A stretch of DNA of 64,000 nt, taken from a virus. Positions 40,008 to 49,040 of this stretch are shown one piece after another. The DNA is taken from IMG/VR virus record IMGVR_UViG_3300046697_000246, positions 9,291-73,290 of that record; one strand, 5' to 3'. The position numbers and the translations under genes are program-made. Under the pieces are notes generated by a model. That model was not told the origin of the DNA and did no database searches. It worked only from the letters and a program-made list of their open reading frames with translations. Numbering within the stretch: the first letter of the stretch is position 1; every line of letters starts with the position of its first letter.

Positions 40008-40382
40008 ATGATTACAAACCTACTCGCAACCATAACAATAATGCTCGTCACCAATACCACAGAGCGTTTCCCATTGGAACAAGTGCCTGACTTTTCTCCG
40101 TCTCCTGTCGTCACTGATTCACACGGTTATGGAATGAATGACTTGGTTTATCGCTACCGCTTGGAGCCGGTCAAAGACCCCACGCAGAAGGATGTCGTGA
40201 CAGAGGTTTATGAGGTCAAGACGCTGACATTCGATTTCGAGGGCAAGCACACGATGGAAATCAGCCGCACAAGAATGTCATCCACGACGAATCATTTCGA
40301 GTTGAAGAACAACTGGCTGCCTTCAACCAATTCGCTGCCGGAACCCAAAAGTGTTCTATTTTTTAGCCCAACAGGAAATTAA
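40008..40382 (+). CDS. hypothetical protein with N-terminal hydrophobic segment
   Basis: 124-aa ORF. Confidence 0.55.
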   Translation: MITNLLATITIMLVTNTTERFPLEQVPDFSPSPVVTDSHGYGMNDLVYRYRLEPVKDPTQKDVVTEVYEVKTLTFDFEGKHTMEISRTRMSSTTNHFELKNNWLPSTNSLPEPKSVLFFSPTGN

Positions 40383-40406
40383 ACAACGGATAAAAGGGAA
40401 ATAAAA

Positions 40407-40799
40407 ATGAGCGATTCAACCGAGCAAATTCAAGCTGAACATTTGAAGCGGGAAGCCGCCAGGGTAGCTGACGAGCTTCTATCGCACGCAAGGGAAACGG
40501 CTCGCCAAATGTTGCTTCTGGCAAACAAGGACGCGATTCAAATGAACACGATGCTGCAAAACCTGGCGCAGAAGATGTCGGATGTTCATACGGCTGTTTG
40601 CGGCGATGAATACGATTTGAAAAAGCCTGGCCTTTTGAGAACTACACAAAAGCATTCTGTGACGCTTTACGGCGAGTCTGGAAAGAATGGTCTGAACGGG
40701 GATAATCAAAAATACAAGCGGATGTTTTGGATCGGGACGGGCGCGGTTGGACTGGCTCAAATTTTATTCGCGTGGTATATCGCCGTCCATTCGCATTGA
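40407..40799 (+). CDS. membrane-anchored coiled-coil protein (lysis-module candidate)
   Basis: Helical N-terminus and a single C-terminal TM segment. Confidence 0.6.
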   Translation: MSDSTEQIQAEHLKREAARVADELLSHARETARQMLLLANKDAIQMNTMLQNLAQKMSDVHTAVCGDEYDLKKPGLLRTTQKHSVTLYGESGKNGLNGDNQKYKRMFWIGTGAVGLAQILFAWYIAVHSH

Positions 40800-40803
40800 T
40801 TTT

Positions 40804-41004
40804 ATGAACGAACTGACAACCATCCTGCCGCCGAAATACGCGGCTTACGGCGCGGCGCTGGTCGTGCTTATTCAAGTCTGTGGCCGGGCATATCACTCGC
40901 TGGCGAGCGGCAGCGGGCTTATTGGCGCGTGGCGGGCGTTGCTCTACGGAACCACCAAGACGCCGCAGGAAACGAAAGACGCGGCAAAACCGACTGTCCC
41001 GTGA
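40804..41004 (+). CDS. small membrane protein, holin candidate
   Basis: 66 aa from ATG 40804; hydrophobic helix and charged C-terminus. Confidence 0.5.
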   Translation: MNELTTILPPKYAAYGAALVVLIQVCGRAYHSLASGSGLIGAWRALLYGTTKTPQETKDAAKPTVP

Positions 41005-41272
41005 TCGTGAATCATGCCAAGCATCGCCGGTTCAAGGAGCGGCTGGCGGCGTTGTCACCCGGCGGCAAGCCGCTGATGAATCTGGCGAAGGTGTCGCTCC
41101 ATCAGGTGGTCGTTATCCATGTCTGCACTCGCGTTAAAAAAATCACGAAGCGTCTTTTGTTTTATTGCGCGGCTCTTGCCGCATGGGTCGCGCACCTCTC
41201 GGAATGTTTTGCTCATGGACGCAAAATCAACACGCCCTTGATTGTCGTCTATGGGGTGTTATACTAACACGA

Positions 41273-41422
41273 ATGAAAACCGCCAAGAATCACAATGCGA
41301 CGATGATGCTTGAAAGGCTGTTTGAGGCGCTGGGTTGTAAGTTTGTAACGGTCACGCCGCCGCCGGATTTCACCGCCAAAGTCATGCGACGAATACGGAA
41401 GGCGAGAAAGGCTTCAAAGTGA
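41273..41422 (+). CDS. small basic protein
   Basis: Preceded by TTGATT-16-TATACT; GTGA overlap with the next gene. Confidence 0.5.
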   Translation: MKTAKNHNATMMLERLFEALGCKFVTVTPPPDFTAKVMRRIRKARKASK

Positions 41423-42297
41423 AAACGTCCGGTCTTTTTACAACGCATCAGTTCACCATCCCGTCAAAATTTTCAAAGGAGGTTCAAATAATTTGCTTCG
41501 GCGATGTTCACCGCGATTCTCCGAACCATGCGGATACAAAATGGCAGGAGGACTTGGCTTATTTCCGGTCACAAAAAGACGCCTACTTCCTCGGCATGGG
41601 AGATTATTTAGATTCCACATCCACAACTGAACGCGAATGCCTCGGCCACATTTCCAAACAGATGCACGATACTTTCCGCAAGGATATTCAGGCATTGCAA
41701 CTCGCAAAAATTGAAATGATTGCGGGCGAACTTTCGTTTATGAAGGGGCGGCTAATTGGGTTGCTAAACGGAAACCACTACTTTGAATTTCAAAGCGGAA
41801 TCAACGGCGACCAAAAGCTCGCAGAGTTGCTTGAAACAAAATATCTGGGCGTGTGCAGCCTCATGCGGTTTTTTTTCAAGTTTTCACAATCAGGCCAAAC
41901 GCAAGCGATTGACATCTTTGCGCATCACGGGATGGGGGCGGCAAGGCTCATTGGCGGATCGCTTAACCGTGTGGCACAAATGTTTGAAGGCGTTGAGGCT
42001 GACATAACGATAATGGGTCACGATCACAAGCGCGGCGCAGTCCCATCCACTCCGCGATTGTTCCTGCAAAACACGAGCAACGGAGGATTGAAGGTAAGGC
42101 AGCGCGAGACATGGGCGGTTCGTTCCGGTTCGTATCTGACAAGTTTCCGAGACGGTGAATCTAATTACAACGTGGACTCCTGCCGGATGCCGTCCAGTCT
42201 TGGTCATGTTGAAATGCGCGTCAAATTCACAAATGGTCGGAATACGGATGGAGGCAATGCGCGAAATGTTCGCAAAGAAATCCACTTCCTGACTTGA
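41419..42297 (+). CDS. calcineurin-like metallophosphoesterase
   Basis: GDVH, GMGD..D, GNH, HHG and GHDH motifs. Confidence 0.85.
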   Translation: MKTSGLFTTHQFTIPSKFSKEVQIICFGDVHRDSPNHADTKWQEDLAYFRSQKDAYFLGMGDYLDSTSTTERECLGHISKQMHDTFRKDIQALQLAKIEMIAGELSFMKGRLIGLLNGNHYFEFQSGINGDQKLAELLETKYLGVCSLMRFFFKFSQSGQTQAIDIFAHHGMGAARLIGGSLNRVAQMFEGVEADITIMGHDHKRGAVPSTPRLFLQNTSNGGLKVRQRETWAVRSGSYLTSFRDGESNYNVDSCRMPSSLGHVEMRVKFTNGRNTDGGNARNVRKEIHFLT

Positions 42298-42549
42298 TTT
42301 TTTCCTTGCAACCCGGCGCGGGCGGGTTTATGATTCCAATGTGATTAACGTCACCACCAATTACATCCTCGTCGCGCTGACACTCCTTTGTGTGTGCTTA
42401 AATTTGTTCCTGTTGAAGAAATGAAACCGGATCACATCATCTGGCTGGTCACGGCGGCTTACGTCCTGTTGACGGCGTTGGTGGTATTTGTCATCATTCA
42501 TTTTTCTCCAGTCGCTCTGGAGAAGTAGCAAACAAACAACAACTCATAT

Positions 42550-43128
42550 ATGAATAAAATCAAAACATTCGGATCGGGCGCATTGCTGCTTCTGGCGTGC
42601 GCGTTCACGGCAACGGCGCAGACCAATGCGCCAAACTTGTCTGCGGTCACCAACGGTATGTCGTCCGACCTGACAAAGCTCGGATCGGACTTGCTGTTGG
42701 ATTTCAAAAACATCTATCCGCTGACGACCAACGGCGAGGCCACGGTGCTGCTGGCGGCGGGTAAAGGCACGGCCAAAAGTTCCCACTGGGTTGAAGCCGT
42801 TGACTTGAACGTGCCATTGAGCAAGATGGTTTCCGTGACGGTGATAGGCGACCACATTGGCAGCACCTGGCAGGAGGGCGGCGGCACGCTGACGCTCTCT
42901 CGCACGGACAACTGGCCGCTCATCGGCACGGTGAATGAATCCATCGGCGACGGCGCGGTGTATGACTTCAAGGCGCACGGCATGGCGAACTACCTTTACA
43001 CGCAATACGACAAGAAGTGGGACATCAGCAATAAGTTCTACATTCACGCGGGAGTGGCCGTGGCGAACATTTCATCGGTGTCAGGCGTTGAGATTCTGGC
43101 CGGTGGCGGACTCACGTTTCACTGGTGA
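42550..43128 (+). CDS. putative outer-membrane beta-barrel protein
   Basis: Signal peptide (ATA|Q), alternating beta-strands, C-terminal GLTFHW. Confidence 0.6.
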   Translation: MNKIKTFGSGALLLLACAFTATAQTNAPNLSAVTNGMSSDLTKLGSDLLLDFKNIYPLTTNGEATVLLAAGKGTAKSSHWVEAVDLNVPLSKMVSVTVIGDHIGSTWQEGGGTLTLSRTDNWPLIGTVNESIGDGAVYDFKAHGMANYLYTQYDKKWDISNKFYIHAGVAVANISSVSGVEILAGGGLTFHW

Positions 43129-43186
43129 CCAAAAAAGCCGGGCGCGGTGCTCGTTCCTCCGACGCCGCGCCTCGGCAATCTGATTT

Positions 43187-43363
43187 ATGGACACACACGG
43201 AATAATTTCAAAAGCCTGCGAAATCGTTTACCGACTCGTGCCGGACATAACGGTCGCGGAGCGGTTTCAGATCAGCAAGGCAGTTTCAGAGGCGGTGAAA
43301 GAAGGAACGAGACTTGCGGAGGAGGTTAAAAGAACAAAATATATGCCGGTTCGACTCCGGTAG
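43187..43363 (+). CDS. 58-aa hypothetical protein
   Basis: ORF read manually; fills the gap between genes. Confidence 0.4.
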   Translation: MDTHGIISKACEIVYRLVPDITVAERFQISKAVSEAVKEGTRLAEEVKRTKYMPVRLR

Positions 43364-43376
43364 CCCGCGCCAATTT

Positions 43377-43880
43377 ATGACCCCCGCCGAAACATTTGCC
43401 GTGTGCGGCGTCTATTTGGCGCCGGGGCAGTTCTCGACGAGGATTTCATCGGTTGACACTTCTGATTTCCGGCACTTCATTCCTACGGCCAGCGTTGAGT
43501 ATTTGTCGCTGGCCGGCGTGCTGTATCGGTTTCCGCGCTACGCCCCAACCGACTTGGCGAGCATCCCGCGCCCGCTGTGGGCACTGCTTCCGCCGCAAGG
43601 TGAGGATGGCGCGGAGTATGGGCTTGCCGCCAGAGGGCATGATAATTTCTACCAAGACACCGCCTTGGTTTGGCCGGCTGGCGCAACGCCGCCAGGCCTC
43701 TTCGTCTTTGCCCCGAACGATAACACTGGCTGGATCAAGGCAACGCTGCCAAAGGCCGATTGCGATTTACTCCTTTGGGAAATGATGATCGCCTGCAAGG
43801 TGCCGGGGAGCATCGCGGAAGCTATCTACATGGGCGTCAAGCTCGGAGGCGCTAGTGCTTTCGACAAAGATCGCTCTTGA
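43377..43880 (+). CDS. DUF1353 family protein
   Basis: TDLASIPR.LW..L.P.G...Y..AA..HD..Y and D.L..E.M....IY.GV.LGG; start at ATG 43377. Confidence 0.8.
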   Translation: MTPAETFAVCGVYLAPGQFSTRISSVDTSDFRHFIPTASVEYLSLAGVLYRFPRYAPTDLASIPRPLWALLPPQGEDGAEYGLAARGHDNFYQDTALVWPAGATPPGLFVFAPNDNTGWIKATLPKADCDLLLWEMMIACKVPGSIAEAIYMGVKLGGASAFDKDRS

Positions 43881-43926
43881 ACCGTGAACATTGGCTTCGA
43901 CCATATTGCGGACTCGCGCAACATGG

Positions 43927-44136
43927 TCAAACATATCTCGTTTTGCGCATCTCCCGCCAAGCCACATTGTAAGCCGAGTGGCCGAGTGCTTTATTTGACA
44001 GTCCCGTCCACCATCGTCGGTTCGTCTTGCGCGGGACTCTTCGTCTCATTAAACGGGCGTATTCGTTCGCGCCGAGTTCTTTCCATGAAAGCCCGCTTTT
44101 GTTTGGACGACCAATTTTTGGAAGTGTTGGTTTCAT
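43927..44136 (-). CDS. small basic hypothetical protein
   Basis: ATGA-coupled to the upstream gene. Confidence 0.5.
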   Translation of the reverse strand: MKPTLPKIGRPNKSGLSWKELGANEYARLMRRRVPRKTNRRWWTGLSNKALGHSAYNVAWREMRKTRYV

Positions 44137-44534
44137 GAGGTTAAAACGGCTCGAATCAAATCAGAACATTTGCCCGGATTGTCAGCAAATGTCTCAACCA
44201 TTTGAGGTGTTACCGCCGATCCGACGTGTCGGAAATCCATCACGGCACCGTCCATCCGGCCAAGAAGCCCTGTTGCCTTTTTTCTGAATCGGTTTCGCGT
44301 CTCCGGCACGTCAGCGCAATCCTTCTGCATTTGTTGCCATTTTGTAGCCAGTGAATAGAGCGCGTGCGTCACGTCGCGCGTCGTCCGGTAATAACGAGCG
44401 CAATGGTCACAAGCGATGTGATCTTTGAAACTCATTATTATTTTATCAAGAATTGGATTAAATTTAATAGTTTCATCAAAATTGAATGTGCCGGCTTTGT
44501 GGCAGAACGTGCAATTATAGGGGATTTGTGTCAT
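44133..44534 (-). CDS. Zn-finger protein downstream of the initiator
   Basis: CTFC...CDHC; coupled to the replication gene. Confidence 0.6.
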   Translation of the reverse strand: MTQIPYNCTFCHKAGTFNFDETIKFNPILDKIIMSFKDHIACDHCARYYRTTRDVTHALYSLATKWQQMQKDCADVPETRNRFRKKATGLLGRMDGAVMDFRHVGSAVTPQMVETFADNPGKCSDLIRAVLTS

Positions 44535-45271
44535 AGCTGGTTTGCGAGGTTGCGGATGCGTTTTTCTTCTTCAGGTGATCTCTCTGGTTTGAAATTTCGG
44601 GCTTGGTCAACGAACTTCTCCCATCCTGTGACAAGGGAAAAAAGTGATTGCGGCGGTTTCCTGGCCCTCGGAATAAACCGCTCGATCTCGGCAAGTTCTT
44701 CCAAAATGTCCGGTCTGCCCGTCAACCTTGAAATATCAGCCTGTTCAGAATAAGGCATTCCGTTTTGTTTGCGTTTGAATAAGCCAAAAAGACGGATCTC
44801 GACCTGGTTGAAAACATCTATTTCAGGCTTGGGGTTAGAAGCAGAGGTAGAAGCAGAGGCATATGCATATGCAGAGGGTGTTGGGGTGTTTGTTCCTACA
44901 GGCTGTTGGGGGTGTTGTTCATGTTTTGTTCGTGCTATTCCGGACAATCTACCCGCCTTTCTGCGCTCTTCTTTGATTTCACAGTCTCTTTTTCGGCGTC
45001 GGCTTGTTAGAGTTATGTTCCCGTTCCGTTCGTCAATATCGGCAACTTCGCGCGCTTTTAGCTGCTGAATTGCCATCGAAAGTTCAACCGGAAGGCACGA
45101 AAGAAGCCCGCAAAGCTCCTCGTTTGTGCCGGAAATCTGGCAGGCCCCGGACAGCATCATGGTGTTCAACGCGTCAAACCAGATTCCGCGAGTTGATGGC
45201 CGGCAGAGGCGCAATCCAGGCTCGCTCGCCCAGTTGGTCGGATACCACTTTTCCCATGGGAGTTCAGGCAT
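44531..45271 (-). CDS. phage replication initiator (lambda O-like organisation)
   Basis: PW.KWYP..W..E..L..C....RG.W N-domain, RRKAG..SG helix, low-complexity repeat linker; start at ATG 45271. Confidence 0.7.
   Translation of the reverse strand: MPELPWEKWYPTNWASEPGLRLCRPSTRGIWFDALNTMMLSGACQISGTNEELCGLLSCLPVELSMAIQQLKAREVADIDERNGNITLTSRRRKRDCEIKEERRKAGRLSGIARTKHEQHPQQPVGTNTPTPSAYAYASASTSASNPKPEIDVFNQVEIRLFGLFKRKQNGMPYSEQADISRLTGRPDILEELAEIERFIPRARKPPQSLFSLVTGWEKFVDQARNFKPERSPEEEKRIRNLANQL
44836..44920. repeat. iteron-like repeats inside the initiator gene (candidate origin)
   Basis: TAGAAGCAGAGG x2, CATATG x2, and TGTTGGGG(G)TGTT(T)GTTC x2. Confidence 0.45.
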
Positions 45272-45436
45272 AATAAAAAAGACCGCCATCAATCTTCACC
45301 CACGAGAAAGTTGTGACGCCCGCAAGCGGGGTCGGATTGACAGCGGCCAAAATGGAAAATGCGGTCGTCACAAGTGCATTCTCGCACACCCGCGCGCCGG
45401 ATGCAAGCAAAATCTCGATATTTTTGGAGGGAGGGG

Positions 45437-46030
45437 TCATAAAAGTGCCAACTCCTGCTCAACGGCATGGATTTGAGCCGTGGCGGGCGGTGGTGGCGTC
45501 GAGTTGCGTTCCAGCCATGTCCGGGCAGCCGCCGCGCTTTTGAGGCGGTTAAACTCACTAAATGACATGCGTGGTGGCTTTGGCTTCTCTGACAATGCCC
45601 TTTCAATACTCCACCCACGATTTAGGCGGTTGATAATTGTATTGTGCGGGATACCCATTAACTTTCCCCAATCCACCAGACAGCGAACAACTCCATTAAA
45701 ATTAAGAATGTGATTAGTGTGTTGGTTTCTGTTTTGCTCTGCACAAGTTGCCCAGCGACAATTTTCTTTTGAGTAAGAAAAATCATTGTCAATTCTTTCA
45801 ATAGACTTTCCGCCAGGCCTTGGCCCCATATCTTCAAAGAAATTAGGAAATGAATGCCTCCAACGATCACAGACAAAAATCCCGCGCCCCCCATATCGTG
45901 GAAACGCATCTACGTTCGGATTGTAACACCTTGCAAGCATGGCCTTCCAAATTCGATATTCGGTCGTTTCACCGCCTCTTTTTGCCGCGCCGTGTTTCGT
46001 CATAAAATTTTGGGTTGGCGTTTTAGGCAA
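45437..46030 (-). CDS. HNH homing endonuclease-like protein
   Basis: Y..W..M..RC.NP...YGGRGI.VCDRW...F..DMG.RP...SIERIDN...Y..ENCRWAT..EQ.RN; AT-rich; start may be ATG 46003. Confidence 0.85.
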   Translation of the reverse strand: MPKTPTQNFMTKHGAAKRGGETTEYRIWKAMLARCYNPNVDAFPRYGGRGIFVCDRWRHSFPNFFEDMGPRPGGKSIERIDNDFSYSKENCRWATCAEQNRNQHTNHILNFNGVVRCLVDWGKLMGIPHNTIINRLNRGWSIERALSEKPKPPRMSFSEFNRLKSAAAARTWLERNSTPPPPATAQIHAVEQELALL

Positions 46031-46170
46031 TCTTCAATTCCACGCTTCATCATGTCATTAGCGAGCGAAGGAGTTGAAAGTGAAAGCCCAAGTTGTTTTT
46101 TTAATTTTGCCAGCAACGCCCAATTATCCGGCGTTACTCGAACCCTGTTATGTTTGTCGCATTTGCTCAT
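46000..46170 (-). CDS. small RHH-like DNA-binding protein
   Basis: Beta-strand RVRV plus two helices; TTGACC-17-TACATT 7 nt upstream of the ATG. Confidence 0.55.
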   Translation of the reverse strand: MSKCDKHNRVRVTPDNWALLAKLKKQLGLSLSTPSLANDMMKRGIEDCLKRQPKIL

Positions 46171-46269
46171 GGCACACAATGTATCGTAGTGGGTTAATAT
46201 GGTCAACAGATTTTTTTCCGCTCGGCGTCGGATTGTTCTGGTGGACGGGTTTTCATAAAGTTTTCAGGT

Positions 46270-46536
46270 TCACGCCCGCATTAAAACCTGCTGGACTTTC
46301 TTGCCGGCCAAAGTCGGGCTGATTGTCCAGCCGCCATTCGGAAGTTTGTAGGTGCTGAACTGCATCTGTGGTTGGTCTTTTAGTTTTATGGTGACAACGA
46401 CATCAGGCCGGATTTTAGGGCGAAACACACTCTCGTTTTCCGGGATCAATTCGGATGCGGCCTTGTGCTGGTAATACGCAGCAATGTTGCCCCGACGAAT
46501 CGCCGCCTTCCAAGTGCTTGAATGAAAACGAGACAT
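46270..46536 (-). CDS. hypothetical protein
   Basis: 88-aa ORF in the early operon. Confidence 0.55.
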   Translation of the reverse strand: MSRFHSSTWKAAIRRGNIAAYYQHKAASELIPENESVFRPKIRPDVVVTIKLKDQPQMQFSTYKLPNGGWTISPTLAGKKVQQVLMRA

Positions 46537-46552
46537 AAATGTTAAGTGATTT

Positions 46553-46867
46553 TCACTTCGGCTTATCAGCTATGTTAGCCGTCACTAGCTGGCTCTTTGG
46601 CGGGTAGCCTGATGCCTCGTCACATACACGCTGCATCCATTCCGCCAATGTCAGATTGTGCAGCCGTGCCATTCGCACATACCAGTTCTTGCGCGCCATC
46701 ACGACGCGCAGGTGGATGTGTCCTGTGGCAGCTACGCTGTCATTCAGCGGACGACCAGCCCCGCGTCCTAGGTCGGCGGTTTTAGCGCCACGGGGCCGGT
46801 CGTGAGATTCTTCGTGGCATCGGACGCATACGTCCGAGTCTTTGCCGTGTTCGCATTTGTGGGCCAT
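46553..46867 (-). CDS. RHH/CopG-like DNA-binding protein (cassette gene)
   Basis: GAGRP...HIHLRV...K..Y...A....LTLAEWM..VCD; its 3' part is duplicated at 63912-64000. Confidence 0.65.
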   Translation of the reverse strand: MAHKCEHGKDSDVCVRCHEESHDRPRGAKTADLGRGAGRPLNDSVAATGHIHLRVVMARKNWYVRMARLHNLTLAEWMQRVCDEASGYPPKSQLVTANIADKPK

Positions 46868-46868
46868 A

Positions 46869-47114
46869 TTATTTCAGCAGCTTGGCGACTTCGGAGGCGA
46901 TGCGGCTATTGTGCGGCTCGCCGATATTGTCAGCCGTCCACCATCCACGGCGCGAGGCTCGGCAGTCGCCCGGCGCGCAGCCGTATCCGCACTTGCATTG
47001 CGGATCGGAATGATTGACGTGGGTTGCTCCGGTAGCAGCCTCGATCTTGCTGACGATTTTGCGGGACAGGAATCCGTCGTGGCATCCGAAGATATATTCG
47101 CTTGAGGTTGTCAT
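46869..47114 (-). CDS. hypothetical protein (cassette gene)
   Basis: 81 aa; upstream promoter TTGACA-17-GAAACT (47186-47214, minus strand). Confidence 0.6.
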   Translation of the reverse strand: MTTSSEYIFGCHDGFLSRKIVSKIEAATGATHVNHSDPQCKCGYGCAPGDCRASRRGWWTADNIGEPHNSRIASEVAKLLK

Positions 47115-47289
47115 ATTTTTGTCTGTGTTGTTTGTTCACTTCCCGGATTCGCCGGGGCGATTTGTTGGTTTCTTCCAACACAGATAGTTTCGCATTTCAT
47201 CTTCATTTTGTCAACACATTATTATCAGATTTTTACGATTTATTTTGCCCTTGAAAACATTGACGATTTTAGTGTTTTTCGCCCGTGAC

Positions 47290-47379
47290 GGCTAACAAAT
47301 CGGTGCAGCCAATGCCGGTTGGCGCTCTCAGCCAAGTCCGGGCGTCACTGGCCCGGCATGGCTGACCTCTGCGTTGGGT
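47290..47379 (+). repeat. attC-like site 1
   Basis: GGCTAAC..gt[g]cagcca[a]tgccgg / ccggcatggctgac..GTTGGGT. Confidence 0.85.
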
Positions 47380-47545
47380 GCAGAAAAGTTTCATGCGGAT
47401 TCTCCATGCGCTTGCGGGCGTTTGCCGCTGCGCCGAGTTTGCCAAGTCTTGAGGCGTTTCCTTTGTGAAACCTGCCATGTCTAGCGGTGATTATTATATC
47501 AGCCTGTTGGGCGGCACAGCGCACGCGCACTGTGCCGCGTGAGTT

Positions 47546-47953
47546 TTATTTGTTTCGGGTAGCTTCAAGGATTGGCAGGTTGGCTTCGGTCGGCACATAG
47601 ACCACGGTTTTATCCGTGCCTTGCGCGGCCACGTCGTTGATCCAGAGGTAGCGGAGATACGCTTCGTTGTTTTTCAGCGATTCGCCGATTATCTGGTTTG
47701 CTTTTGCGACACCACCAGCGCGGATTACTTCCGCTTGCGCCAGCAGTTCCGCCGATTCCATTTTGGCCTTCGCTTCGGCCACGGCCACTTCTTTTGCGGA
47801 CTGAGCGTGTGCCAGCATTGCCTGGCCGAGTGCGCGGCTCGCATAGATGTTGTATTGAGGATACGCCCACATTGCGCCGAAGATTACGACGCCGATTGCC
47901 ACGATTGATGCGACGATCCAGCCCGCGTAGTTTGGTTCACCATTTTCTTTCAT
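47546..47953 (-). CDS. membrane protein with SPFH-like C-terminal coiled coil (cassette gene)
   Basis: TM helix, then AEV.RA.G.A.AN..I..SL....YLRYLWI..VYVPTEANLPILEA. Confidence 0.7.
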   Translation of the reverse strand: MKENGEPNYAGWIVASIVAIGVVIFGAMWAYPQYNIYASRALGQAMLAHAQSAKEVAVAEAKAKMESAELLAQAEVIRAGGVAKANQIIGESLKNNEAYLRYLWINDVAAQGTDKTVVYVPTEANLPILEATRNK

Positions 47954-47977
47954 TGTTGTGTGTCTTTCGATTGTGCC

Positions 47978-48086
47978 GCCCAACAACCGCATGGAGCCAA
48001 TGCGGGTTGGACGCGCAGTTTATTTCGTTGAGGCTCCAGATTGTTTCACGGTTTCAGTCCCGCATGGCTCATGCGGAGCGTTAGAC
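47978..48086 (+). repeat. attC-like site 2
   Basis: GCCCAAC..ccgcatggagccaatgcggg / cccgcatggctcatgcgg..GTTAGAC. Confidence 0.85.
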
Positions 48087-48226
48087 AGCCGGGCGGAGCG
48101 TTTTGCTTTACGGCGAGCTTTTTGAAGTGCGGCCTGTTGCGCTGGCGTGATTATCCGCGTGCGCTTACGTTTCTTCGGGCCTTGCGCGCCCCACCGCTTG
48201 AAATCTTCTGACGTGTAGGTTTTCAA
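48020..48226 (-). CDS. small basic protein (cassette gene)
   Basis: F..WG..G.K motif; C-terminus is encoded by attC site 2. Confidence 0.55.
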   Translation of the reverse strand: MKTYTSEDFKRWGAQGPKKRKRTRIITPAQQAALQKARRKAKRSARLSNAPHEPCGTETVKQSGASTK

Positions 48227-48546
48227 AATTGGTGCCGGTCTTTATGGGTTTCATCCCAATGTTCTTTTGCGTGGCAGTTACCGCAAAGTAATTCGCATTT
48301 AGAAATCTCAATCTTAACCTTTTCTAAAGACTTTGTTTGCGCTAAAAGCCTGTTCACTCTATCCACTTTCGTTGATGGGTCAATATGGTGGAACTGCAAA
48401 CAGGCCGGATGAGATTCACCGCACCTTTTACAGCCTGACAATTTAACACCCAACACATACGCCCTTAATTTAGCTCTGTGAGCGGACTGCCGCTTACGCT
48501 CACTCTCTTTGTAGAGATGTAAATTTTCACGCCCGATGTAACTCAT
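48223..48546 (-). CDS. HNH endonuclease-like protein (cassette gene)
   Basis: C..CGE....CLQFHH.DP..K...E..KC.LLC.NCH..H. Confidence 0.8.
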   Translation of the reverse strand: MSYIGRENLHLYKESERKRQSAHRAKLRAYVLGVKLSGCKRCGESHPACLQFHHIDPSTKVDRVNRLLAQTKSLEKVKIEISKCELLCGNCHAKEHWDETHKDRHQF

Positions 48547-48549
48547 AAA

Positions 48550-48872
48550 TTTATTGCGGGTCTTTCCCCGCTGTCATCACCTTCGGACGATCAATCCAAT
48601 CCACGGCCACGGTGCGGGCCTGTCCCAGCTTCGGTTGCTGCTCCACTTCCGGCATTGTTGATGCCAGTTCCTCACGCGGGGCTATGAGTCGGAACCGCCG
48701 GAGGCTTTCGCCAAATTATCTCCGGACTTTCACGCCGTCCGGCTGGCGGCTCTTACGTTAGACAGATTCCGCGCTCTGCCGTGCTTTCGTGCGGCTCAGT
48801 TTATTTTATACTCACTTCACTGGAGCCGACTCCGTTTTTCACAAGTCGCACTGCCGGTTTCCCGCGTGCAAG
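48550..48872 (-). ncRNA. candidate structured non-coding RNA / long leader
   Basis: About 320 nt without a credible ORF, several GAAA-capped hairpins, downstream of an AT-rich promoter-like segment. Confidence 0.4.
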
Positions 48873-48943
48873 ATTATTTATATCATATCCCCGTTACGAA
48901 TCAAACTCTTTTTTGATTTATTTTCGTGAATCGCAAACCGGCT

Positions 48944-49040
48944 GTCTAACAACGCGCTGGAACCAACGCCCATTATCGCTGTCAGTCCGCTACGCGGGTC
49001 ATTCCTCAAGCTGGGCGTGGTTCAGCTTGAGGCGTTAGAC
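48944..49040 (+). repeat. attC-like site 3
   Basis: GTCTAAC..gctg[g]aacca[a]cgccc / gggcgtggttcagc..GTTAGAC. Confidence 0.9.

Noticed and set aside
45437-46030. Group I intron around the HNH gene
   Set aside because: No interrupted host gene or intron core elements recognisable; treated as free-standing.
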